Positions 1-9,199 of a stretch of 63,265 bases of DNA are shown in pieces; position 1 is the first letter of the stretch; each line of letters starts with the position of its first letter. The stretch is from Obrimoposthia wandeli (Eukaryota), in the NCBI GenBank assembly GCA_977020255.1, contig CDROCS010003202.1:186001-249265 (forward strand), read 5' to 3'. The notes under the pieces were generated by a model. That model was given only the letters and a program-made list of their open reading frames with translations. It ran no database searches and was not told where the DNA came from. The position numbers and the translations under genes are program-made.

Positions 1-317
1 GTAAGTGTGTGAATTTGTTGTGTATGTGTGCGGTTTGTGCATATGTGCACATTAATACCATGTGTCCATGGACATGTTGCCCACCGCAAAGTCTGAGATA
101 AGTATGCCATCCCCCTGTTGAGCCCGGCAGGGCGAAACCGGTTAAGCCGGTCGGGGATTGACACTAGAATTATCTTTAAAAATACCAAAGTGCATTATTT
201 CTTAATTGAAAAATATTTCCCTAATTAAGGAAATCTCTTAATTAAATTATTTCTTTTTAATCTTTAATTTTTCTTTTATTTAAAAATTGTATAAATATTT
301 CTAAAATATTCTCAACA
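1..317 (-). mobile_element. Right end of an LTR of the hammerhead-bearing Gypsy LTR family (cut by the window edge)
   Basis: Ends in CTCAACA at 317, like CCCAACA at 4533 and 8741. It shares the hammerhead and the downstream 'ccaaagtgca...tttccctaattaaggaaa' block with 8570-8650. Confidence 0.7.
109..158 (+). ncRNA. Type I hammerhead ribozyme (core variant CUGUUGA)
   Basis: ATCCCC-CTGTTGA-GCCC(GGCA)GGGC-GAAA-CCGG(TTAAG)CCGG-TC-GGGGAT. All three helices pair perfectly and the GUC cleavage site falls after C152. The core has A6 changed to U. Confidence 0.85.
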
Positions 318-939
318 TATTCAAGAATATAATAAAAAATTATAGGAAACAACAAATTCTTTTATGTTTCTTTAACAGTTTAATTTTTCTACCTAAAACC
401 CTTATTTCCTTTTTTTTATTAAATTTCTAAATATGATTAAAATCTAAATTTTATTTGTTTTTTTTGCAGTCTTAGACTAAGCTGAAATTTACGTATAAAA
501 ATTTATATATTATTTTCATCTTTCTCTAAAACTAAGTAAACGAAAAATTATTTACTCCCTAAATTATAACAGAATACATTTAAAAGTTATTAATATATAC
601 TATAGAAGATAGAAATAGCAACCCCAAAAACCCCATTATTCAGCTCCTATTTTAGCAATTTTTACAAGAAGTCTATACATATTTTTCTACAGATTAATGG
701 AATTTAAAACCACTGGAAATCATTATACATATATGGAATTTAGCAGATTGTTTGTTTTTTGAAATGAATACACTGCATTTTGATTACCGATATTACTACA
801 TTTGAAAGTAATTGTGCATATTTTTGAGTGAAGAAAGTTGTTTAATTAGATTCAACATGAAAGCTTTCCTCGAAATATTGCAGCCAGTACATAGCATTAA
901 AAACAATCCAAGGATTCAAACTGCAATATCTAGTGAACT

Positions 940-1258
940 GTGCCAGACAGTGACATGCCAGCATTGACAAGCCACTCTTGTTAAATAAAGAAGCAAATAG
1001 GGGGATATGTGTCTTTCAGAACAAAGTCATTTAACCCCCTCCCAATAAATCATGGTCTTTGTCCACAAATCAACGACTCGTGCTCTTTCTATTTTTCTAT
1101 TTTAATAACATGTTTTAATCTTACATGCCTTTTTATCTGAAGGTCCTATTGACATGCAGTATTCACTATAGGATAACCTTGACTCTTAACACTCATTATA
1201 AGTTACTTGATCCTCAGACCTTCGAAGCTCACACCTTCAAGGTTTAAAATGAACTTAA
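940..1258 (+). mobile_element. piggyBac-like terminal fragment, inverted homologue of 17510-17830
   Basis: Its reverse complement matches 17510-17830 (taagttcatt...accttgaagg...ggttatcctatagtga) and it ends at a TTAA. The partner copy adjoins a piggyBac-like transposase remnant. Confidence 0.5.
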
Positions 1259-1737
1259 ATAAATATTTTTTATTTGTTATTTATAAGTAGATAATATTAT
1301 TTAAATTATTCTTGCTTTGAGGATGCACGTAAGTTGCAAAAAGTTACAACTATTCATTATAACAACATTTGGTTAAATAGATCAATTTATAATTATATTT
1401 AAATATTTCAATGTATCTAGGTTATTATATATCATGTGTATTTTATTTAATTCGAAATTTTAAAATATTATCTATTGTTAAATAATGAAAAATAGATTTA
1501 CTGCATCGGTTGGGTTAAATGGTAGTTAAGAACTCCAAGTTTTATATAATCAAATATACACAAACTGTATTTTGTAAATTGGTACGAATTACAAATGGTA
1601 TTTGGTAGGTATAATATAGGCAAATTACATCTTTCTCTTTGTAATCAGTCATTTCCAATTATGTTTTCAGATTTTTTTGTTTGATTCTGGAAAGCAATAA
1701 TTATTCATAATTTGCAAAATATGCTGCCTTAGATGCT

Positions 1738-2560
1738 TCAGATAGTTGGGATCGCGATAGATCCAATTGTGTCAACATATTTTTTCCAGCTGATGATTAG
1801 CTCCCGAAAAGCCTTTTCAAAGAAACCATGATCACATTTATTGAAAAAATCACAAACATTGTTGATCAAATCATCTGTGCTGTCGAACTTAATGCCTCTC
1901 AAATGCTTCTTAAGATACCGGAACATGTAGAAGTCACTAGGTGCGAGGTCTGGGCGAGTGGTTAATTGTAATGATTCGGTGAATGATTCAGTAGAGAAAA
2001 GCCCATCTCCAGAATTGTCGGTCCTGTGAGGTTTGCTGTGTGCATTGGCGCATTATCCTGCATTAGCCATAAAGGTGTGTTTCGTGCTTTGCGCCTGTTC
2101 TGTCTAGTAGTTGTTACAAGATTACTGTAATATACTGCATTGATAGTGCTGCCTTTCTCAGTAAAATCTAGTTTTATAACACTCTTTGTGTCCCAAAATA
2201 CTGTCAGCATTGTTTCTTTTCGATGAATTATTCCTGATCTCATTTTGTTTGACGGCTTCTCATTTGGAAACTTCCATTCCTTGGATTCACGACGAGATTC
2301 GGGCAAGTACATAGAAAGAGTTTTTTCATCAGTTGTTACAATGTTACTTAGGAAACGGTCCCCCACTGTTCATAAAGTTGCAAATTTTCAACACAGCACT
2401 CCAATCGACGATTCATCATTTCGCCTGTCAAACACCTGGGCACAAATCTTGAACACAGTTTTCGAAAACTTATATCTTTCACCATTGTGTGAAGGCTTCC
2501 CACACTGATATTAAGACGAATGGACAGCATTTTAAAAGAGATTCTGCGTTCATTATTCAC
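1738..2560 (-). pseudogene. Mariner (DD34D-type) transposase, frameshifted
   Basis: Motifs 'KLCSRFVPRCLT', 'IVTTDEKT', 'MLTVFWD' and 'QDNAPMHTA' are present, and 'HSPDLAPSDFYMFRYLK' reads across a frameshift near 1960. Confidence 0.9.
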
Positions 2561-3283
2561 GATCTTAATTAATTTTTCCTTAACTTGATCTGGAATCTCT
2601 TTTGCGATCTCCCCGTTCTTTTATCATCAAACACAGAAGTGCGACCATTTTAAAATACTTGACATACGTTTTCACAGTAGCATAACATAAAGAATCACCA
2701 TTGTACATATATTGAAGCATTTTATTTATTTCAGTTGCGTTTAGTCCTTGCAAAACAAAAAACTTGATAACACTACACTTAATTTATCAAGTATTTGAAA
2801 ATGTTCCACTAAAAATATAAACAAAAATAACACATTAAAATAACGTATATAGTTATTACCTATATATAATTATGTAGTTATATGAAAAAATAAAGGATTG
2901 TATCTATCATTTTTCTATAGTAGGCTAGACTTATTAAATATACCACGTATATAATTACTTAAAGTAAAATTAATAAATTTTATTTTACTTTCTTTTGAAA
3001 GTATCAAATGAATTACGTAAAATGTTAAAAGTTGAAATTATAAAGATATTTTGATTAAATTTAATATTTTCAAAATCATATGAAATTTAAAGAAGAGTGT
3101 GATAAAGAGACTAATATTTACAGTTATAAGAGCAGAACGTAGTAGTTTTCTTTGTTAAAAAAACTATAATGTAATGAGTAGGTGGAGTAGGTCTTCTAAA
3201 AGCGTACATGTGAGTTTGGAGTATGCTTGTATGTAAAAATATATGTTAATAAAACTGGTAAAGAAGAAAACGAATTAGTATAT

Positions 3284-3736
3284 TAATCAAATAATTTCTG
3301 AAACGCTTCCGAAAATCAAATAATCTCTGAATTGTTTCCGTAAATCAAATAATTTTGGTTCAAATAATTTCTGAAACGCTTCTGTAAATCAAATAATATC
3401 TGAATTGTTTCCGTAAATCAAATAATTTTGGTTCAAATAATTTCTGAAACACTTCTGTAAATCAAATAATATCTGAATTGTTTCCGTAAATCAAATAATT
3501 TTGGTTCAAATAATTTCCGAAACACTTCGGTAAATCAAATAATATCTGAATTGTTTCCGTAAATCAAATAATTTTGGTTCAAATAATTTCTGAAACACTT
3601 CTGTAAATCAAATAATATCTGAATTGTTTCCGTAAATCAAATAATTTTGGTTCAAATAATTTCTGAAACACTTCTGTAAATCAAATAATATCTGAATTGT
3701 TTCCGTAAATCAAATAATTTTGGTTCAAATAATTTC
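3284..3736. repeat. 73-bp composite tandem repeat (about 6 units) within the LTR
   Basis: 'caaataatttc(t/c)' recurs at 3361, 3434, 3507, 3580, 3653 and 3726. Each unit is built from aatcaaataat sub-repeats. Confidence 0.95.
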
Positions 3737-4353
3737 TTTTAATTTTTGTTGAATCTTCTAAAATTTATTAGCACAAGAAAATAAATTATCCTTTATAAAT
3801 AGGTAATGTCAATATCCACACAAAACTGCAGTATGGTCTGGACTAGGTGTGTGATCACTGTCACCGACCGCACACACACACAACGAACCACAATCACCGC
3901 AGAAGAGACAGATGGATCCAGAAAAGGAGATCAGAGATCCATAGACAGGCAGCAGTTCAGGGCAAAATGAAAAAATCAGGACACCAGATTGCACACGGGC
4001 ATGTGCATGTGCAATTTGACTTTGGCAGCACTGATAGATTTAGGATGCGAAATCGACGGCTGATAGAACACACACACAGTCATAGATTCCAAATCAATAA
4101 CACAACACACAGACACCGTCTACACAGCATAAATGTCATTGGCAGTACTGCTGGCATTTTACAGAGATAGAGGGAGAAATGAGACCGCAATTCCCACTTA
4201 GATAACATCGACGGCGGCTGTTGTTGATGTTGTTGTTGGTAGAGGTATGATGCTGGCCGATGATGGGGAAGGAAGGTGGAAGAGGACCAAATCTGCTGGG
4301 AGGTCCGGAGAGCTGGGCGGAAAATTCACTGTGGTTAATCTTGTTATCAAGCC

Positions 4354-4406
4354 GCCTTCCTGATGAACCTGGCAAGACGAAACGGGACGTCCACCCCGTC
4401 GGAGGC
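4354..4406 (+). ncRNA. Type I hammerhead ribozyme with degenerate helix II
   Basis: GCCTTC-CTGATGA-ACCT(GGCA)AGAC-GAAA-CGGG(ACGTCCAC)CCCG-TC-GGAGGC. The core is intact and helices I and III pair, but helix II has two mismatches. Cleavage would fall after C4400. Confidence 0.75.
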
Positions 4407-4749
4407 TGACAAGTAAAACCTCCCTGACTGTGGGCACTTCAGTTAATGTCAATTTTAATTGACTAAAAATATTTATTAATTTTTATTAATTTTTTAATTA
4501 ATTAATGTATGCAATTAATTTTTTAACCCAACAATCCTATGGGGGTAAACAAAGTCAGACCTCTGACGTTTTTATAAACAAGAATAGAAAGAATGTCCCG
4601 TTTAGTACATAGCTGTCTAACGTGACTTTCACAAAAAATTACTCGAGTCTGTTAATGTAAAGATAAAAATTAAAACATTGATTTTACACTTTGCATCCAC
4701 AAGCAATAATACATTTAGTGAATGATGCATAGTAAAATATCTTACTAAT

Positions 4750-5943
4750 CTAAAGGTTGTCCTCAGAATCAAAGGAGCAAATGTCTACGACTTCAGGCAG
4801 GTTATTATTGGCAATGCAGGGGAGAGAGACCGTCAGTCCATATTCTTCTATAAGCTCTTGCTCTTTATGGAGGAAAATCTTTCGGGTCCATTGTGTGTCT
4901 ATGAGGCTAGAGTGGGTATTCTTTTGTATTTCCTTATTGAAATACCACAAAACCATTCGAGCAAGTCCAGCTTGTTCTCTACGGTTCATTTCTAATTGAA
5001 TAGTCTGTGTTGCTCCTAGATCGACCGTGTGCGAAAAATCGTTTTTCTGTAGTCCTAAAACTTTGAGATCGTTGGTTATTCCCGTCTCTACGAAAATATT
5101 GTCTCTTAGCAAGGATTGAAGGCGTTCTAACACTTCGACAGAATCAGGTTGGTTTCTTAACTTCCGTTCGTTAAGGCCCATTATTCTTGTCACATAATTC
5201 CTGATTCTGTCTCTGCTATTGCATTTTGTATCCAAAACGATCTGTCCGCTTCTATTCATTATAGTAATGCTGGCTAGGGTGGGTTGTTTATTCATCTTTA
5301 CTACCATTTCACAATCGACAAAAAATATTTGAGGATTGTTATGGATGATGTTCAAATGGCAGACTTGTACGGGATTAGGTCGCACATTTTGTTCTATGAA
5401 TAATATGTTATTTCCACCCGACAAAAGAATCATCAAATCGGGAGTTATTTGATGTCTCATCAACCGGTAAGAGTGGTTTTGCAGGAGAAGGACAGAGAAA
5501 TGTTTGCTTTTCTTGTGTTTTAAAAATCCACGGCCTTTTGCTACGTGAATCTTAATGTCCGTGCATGTAGGTAAGAATTTCATCAACTCAAACAGTCTTT
5601 GTTCTGTTGGCTTTTTGCTATTTTTGTTGAGAATTATGCTTTGTCTTGGGGTGTCTCTTAACTTGATGCTATTTGGAAGCTGGGTCTTATTGTCAAAAAT
5701 CTTTATTCCGTAATGTTTATGGAAATACCTTGTTCCAAACTGCCTTATTTTTCCATAAAGGAACTTAGCCATTTTTGCCATTTCTGGACGTTGTTCTGCT
5801 AACTGGACTAACTTCTCTCTCTTACCCTGCGGCACAACCTGCCAGTTCAAATGAAGATTCGTGCTTGTGGGTTCCATCTGTAGGGTATACAGATATAGTA
5901 AAAATAAAAGTTGATTTTTATATGCAAATATAAATATTGTCAA
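4750..5943 (-). CDS. Accessory protein with a C-terminal DEDDh 3'-5' exonuclease (REX4/ISG20-like)
   Basis: 397-aa ORF with 'FFVDCEMV' (ExoI), 'LASITIMNRSGQIVLDT', 'IRNYVTRIMGL', 'GITNDLKVL' (ExoII) and 'HSSLID' (ExoIII). Confidence 0.85.
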   Translation of the reverse strand: MTIFIFAYKNQLLFLLYLYTLQMEPTSTNLHLNWQVVPQGKREKLVQLAEQRPEMAKMAKFLYGKIRQFGTRYFHKHYGIKIFDNKTQLPNSIKLRDTPRQSIILNKNSKKPTEQRLFELMKFLPTCTDIKIHVAKGRGFLKHKKSKHFSVLLLQNHSYRLMRHQITPDLMILLSGGNNILFIEQNVRPNPVQVCHLNIIHNNPQIFFVDCEMVVKMNKQPTLASITIMNRSGQIVLDTKCNSRDRIRNYVTRIMGLNERKLRNQPDSVEVLERLQSLLRDNIFVETGITNDLKVLGLQKNDFSHTVDLGATQTIQLEMNRREQAGLARMVLWYFNKEIQKNTHSSLIDTQWTRKIFLHKEQELIEEYGLTVSLPCIANNNLPEVVDICSFDSEDNL

Positions 5944-6302
5944 ATGTCTATCAAATGAAATGTTCCTGTCAGTTTATTTGTCTCTTTTTGTTACTCAAAA
6001 GTCTGTAAATCATTTTAGTCTTTCATGTAACAAGCTCAATCAAACAGGTATATAAATAAGATATAATTTTTCATTCTTTAATACATATTCTTATTACTGG
6101 TGTTTTCAATATCAATATATACATACTTATATAAATATACTCATTTTTATCTATTCTTAATTTTATTATTACCACTTCAACTAAAGCTAATGAATATTAA
6201 TACCCATTCATAAACACATTTCCCTTCCAAAAACATGCCATAAGCTCAAACTCATTCTCAATTTTCTTTTATTTTATATTTTAATTTACTCACTGGATTT
6301 TA

Positions 6303-6611
6303 CTAATTTTCACACCCGGAATCATCACTTTCTCCCGGTTGAAATCCCATCAAACAATTAATTACTGATCTTAATGATACAAGAGAGTTTAATGCTTCTC
6401 TGAGTCGTCGTACTAATAATTCCTGATTTGTTTGGCTATGTTCTAATCTTTCAATTACAACGTCAAAAGCATTATTCATTCGTTCACATTCCATTTCCTT
6501 GTCTTTCAAATGCGATCTCAGATTTATATTTTCTATCAATAATTTATTTTCCCATTTCTTCTGTCTCTTATATCTTCTTCTATTATTTTGTACTATTTTT
6601 GAATTTCTCAT
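6303..6611 (-). CDS. Small basic/coiled-coil accessory ORF of unknown function
   Basis: 102-aa ORF with a basic N-terminus and a heptad-like helical stretch. It is co-oriented with the other element genes. Confidence 0.45.
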   Translation of the reverse strand: MRNSKIVQNNRRRYKRQKKWENKLLIENINLRSHLKDKEMECERMNNAFDVVIERLEHSQTNQELLVRRLREALNSLVSLRSVINCLMGFQPGESDDSGCEN

Positions 6612-7782
6612 TTTCTAGAATAAGTCTTAATAAGTCTTAAGTTCATTTTTATTATTTTCTATTTAAACTAAACACATACGCACTTTTCTTCATCTACATT
6701 ATAAATACTTTATTTTATGACTAGTTTTTATTTTAATATTTCATTTATGTATTTTCTATGACAATTTTATAAAGGTTTTTCTCTTTTCTGTTTACTATTC
6801 TCAATTATTATATTTATTGACACGTTAGATGAATTTGAAGAGCTAGGAATGATGGATGTCATAAATGGGCCAGGTGGTTCACAATACTTAGTCCGATAAT
6901 GATTCTTGAAAATTGTGTTATTTTTTACTTTAATGATCTTCCATGTTATTTTTATGATTAATGTGCAGGTTTCGATTATTATGATTGTTATAAAAAATTC
7001 CTTGTTATTTATATTTTTGAGTATTTTTGTTTACTAAAGTGTATTTTTAGACTTTCATTAAATGATTTATAGGGTATTGTTTCTGTTGTTTTTAATTTTT
7101 TGTTAATTGTTTTATTTTCTGTGATATTACTTTGATTTGTAATTTCATAAGTCTTTGTTGTGAAGGTTGTAGTATGTGGTATTTGTTTTATGGTTGTTTC
7201 TTTGATATATTTCCTAATTGTAATTACTGACCATTGGCCACAAAAAATCGTAGGTTGGTATAATTTGGATATTTTATTTCCTAAAATCCTTAAGTTTGTT
7301 AGATTTTTACAAGTCTCAAATTGTTGTCCCCATTGTCTATACATTATTGGTTTGTTAGTAATTACACATTCTCTATTATCCATAATTATTTTTTCTGGAT
7401 ATCTTATATTTTTTATAGTTATATTTGTTCTGATTTGTGATTTTTCTAATTGTTTTTCTGCGTCTTTCCAAAAATGAGCATTATGTCCTCTATATCTAAT
7501 TCTAATGAGGGTTTTATCAAAATTATCTATTTTAAGTTAAAATTCCCAATTTATCATGATTTGATGTTTTGTTATATATTTTGCTGTCGTTTTTAATAGT
7601 GAAGCTAAGTATAAGTGTTAAGTGGGGATTGATGTATAAAAACTGATTCCAATAATAATATATTCAATTCAAAATAAATATATGTTTTCCAACTCCAGTA
7701 TAGTTTTTACAATAATTTGAGATTGATCACAATTTTAATACAACAAAATAGTTTCTGTAATAATTTTATATTGATTACTATT

Positions 7783-7945
7783 TGTAATTGACAATAGTTT
7801 CTGTGGCAATTTGGATAATTTATTCAGATAAACCTGTAATTGACAATAATTTCTGTAGCAATTTGGATAATTTATTCAGACAAATCTGCAATTGACAATA
7901 GTTTCTGTGGCAATTTGGATAATTTATTCAGATAAACCTGTAATT
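7783..7945. repeat. 52-bp tandem repeat (about 3 units) inside the solo LTR
   Basis: 'tg(t/c)aatt' unit starts at 7783, 7835, 7887 and 7939. Confidence 0.9.
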
Positions 7946-8517
7946 TTTATGTATTGACGATGTTGAGATTCGTCTTTTCACTATTCTATTTATAGAATAG
8001 TTGATCCGGAAAATAGTCCATTGCGACCGGGGGTTGGAGAGAGGGAGAGAGAGAGATAGACAGATAATTCTGCTGGTAAAAATAGATGGCACACAACAGC
8101 AGAACAGTCGGCAATCTCGGCTCTGTACACACAACTACAGATGTAAGGCCGGAAAATATTGCCGCCTGTTTGGCTTCTGGGCAGAGAAATCCTGGACAAG
8201 TGGGAAATCTGGCTTACATATAATACATACACACCAAACAGAATGTGAGTGAGTGACTAGGGAGAGTGAGTGAGCAAGTGATTGAGTGAGTGAGTGAGTA
8301 GTGAGAGTGAGTGAGTTGAGTGAGTAGTGAGAGATGTATTTCATGTCTGCTGTGTGAGTGTGTGTGTGTTGAATTGTGCACTTGCGCACACCAACATCAC
8401 ATGTCGTCGATATTCGTCGGCACATGAAAGGGGGAATCTTTCCTTCTTTTCTCTGGCTTTTTATTATTGTTATCTCTGGCTTCGCGGAATCCACCGCGAA
8501 GTTAGAGATAACAAGCC

Positions 8518-8569
8518 ATCTCCCTGATGAGCCCGGCAGGGCGAAACGGGCTTTTTCCCCGTCGGAGAT
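8518..8569 (+). ncRNA. Type I hammerhead ribozyme, fully canonical
   Basis: ATCTCC-CTGATGA-GCCC(GGCA)GGGC-GAAA-CGGG(CTTTTTC)CCCG-TC-GGAGAT. It has the canonical CUGAUGA/GAAA/GUC core and three perfect helices, with cleavage after C8563. Confidence 0.95.
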
Positions 8570-9199
8570 TAACCACTCTAAACTAAAATGCCAAAGTGCA
8601 TATTTTATCTAAATAGAACTTTTCCCTAATTAAGGAAAGTTCTTAATTAATTCCTTAATTAATAAATTCTCATTTTTTAATTTTTATATATATATATATA
8701 TTTTTATTTTTTAAATAAATATTTATAAGATATTCCCAACATAAGTGAGTTTCTATAATTCTTTCATAGAGTGTTATATTCTTTAAATTCGACTTAACTC
8801 TTATTTTGTATTGTGTCTCTGTTCTTAAAAATGGTATTATATAATTTTTTGATTCGATTTTTGTAAATATTTATTATTTGATTTTTTTCAGATTGTATTA
8901 TTTGAATTCTTCCTAATTTTTTTGTAAAGAGGGATATTTTCAACTTTATTGATGTGATTTCAGGTATTATTGTAATAAGTCCAAAATTTTTTATGAGATG
9001 TGTTGATGAGTCGTATCTATTTATTTCGTCTTTTACTATTAATTGATTTTCATTCAGGTTTATAGCGTTTACTTTTATTAGGTTACTTTTTACTGCAACA
9101 TATATTACTAATAACATCATTATTTTACATATTTCTTTTATTGAGATTTTTATTATATTTCTAGTTTGATGACACAAAATAGTATTGTTTTGTTTTTGT

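Larger units (their letters stand above)
3244..4533 (-). repeat. 3' LTR (TGTT...AACA, 1290 bp) containing a 73-bp tandem array, a GC-rich segment and a hammerhead
   Basis: Starts TGTTAAT at 3244 and ends CCCAACA at 4533. It is homologous to 16661-17501 and has a TATA-like 'tttataaatag' near 3794-3804. Confidence 0.85.
7616..8741 (-). mobile_element. Solo LTR (1126 bp) of a related hammerhead-bearing family, with a 4-bp target duplication
   Basis: TGTT at 7616 and AACA at 8741, flanked by TAAG at both 7612-7615 and 8742-8745. It has the same layout as the 3244-4533 LTR (tandem array, TATA-like palindrome, GC-rich segment, hammerhead). Confidence 0.85.

Noticed and set aside
3284-3736. Regular repeats suggesting a CRISPR array (also 52607-52786)
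   Set aside because: Units are contiguous with no unique spacers, the context is eukaryotic, and no cas genes are present.
3809-4452. His-rich and other short ORFs in the GC-rich LTR segment (also 17123-17397 and 7928-8612)
   Set aside because: They have no recognisable domains, are disrupted by an indel between the two LTR copies, and are expected by chance in GC-richer DNA.
3244-8741. Reading the hammerhead repeats as Penelope/Terminon pseudo-LTRs
   Set aside because: The repeats have TG...CA ends, a 4-bp duplication and a PBS, and they flank a Gypsy RT with DDE integrase. No Penelope RT or GIY-YIG domain is seen.
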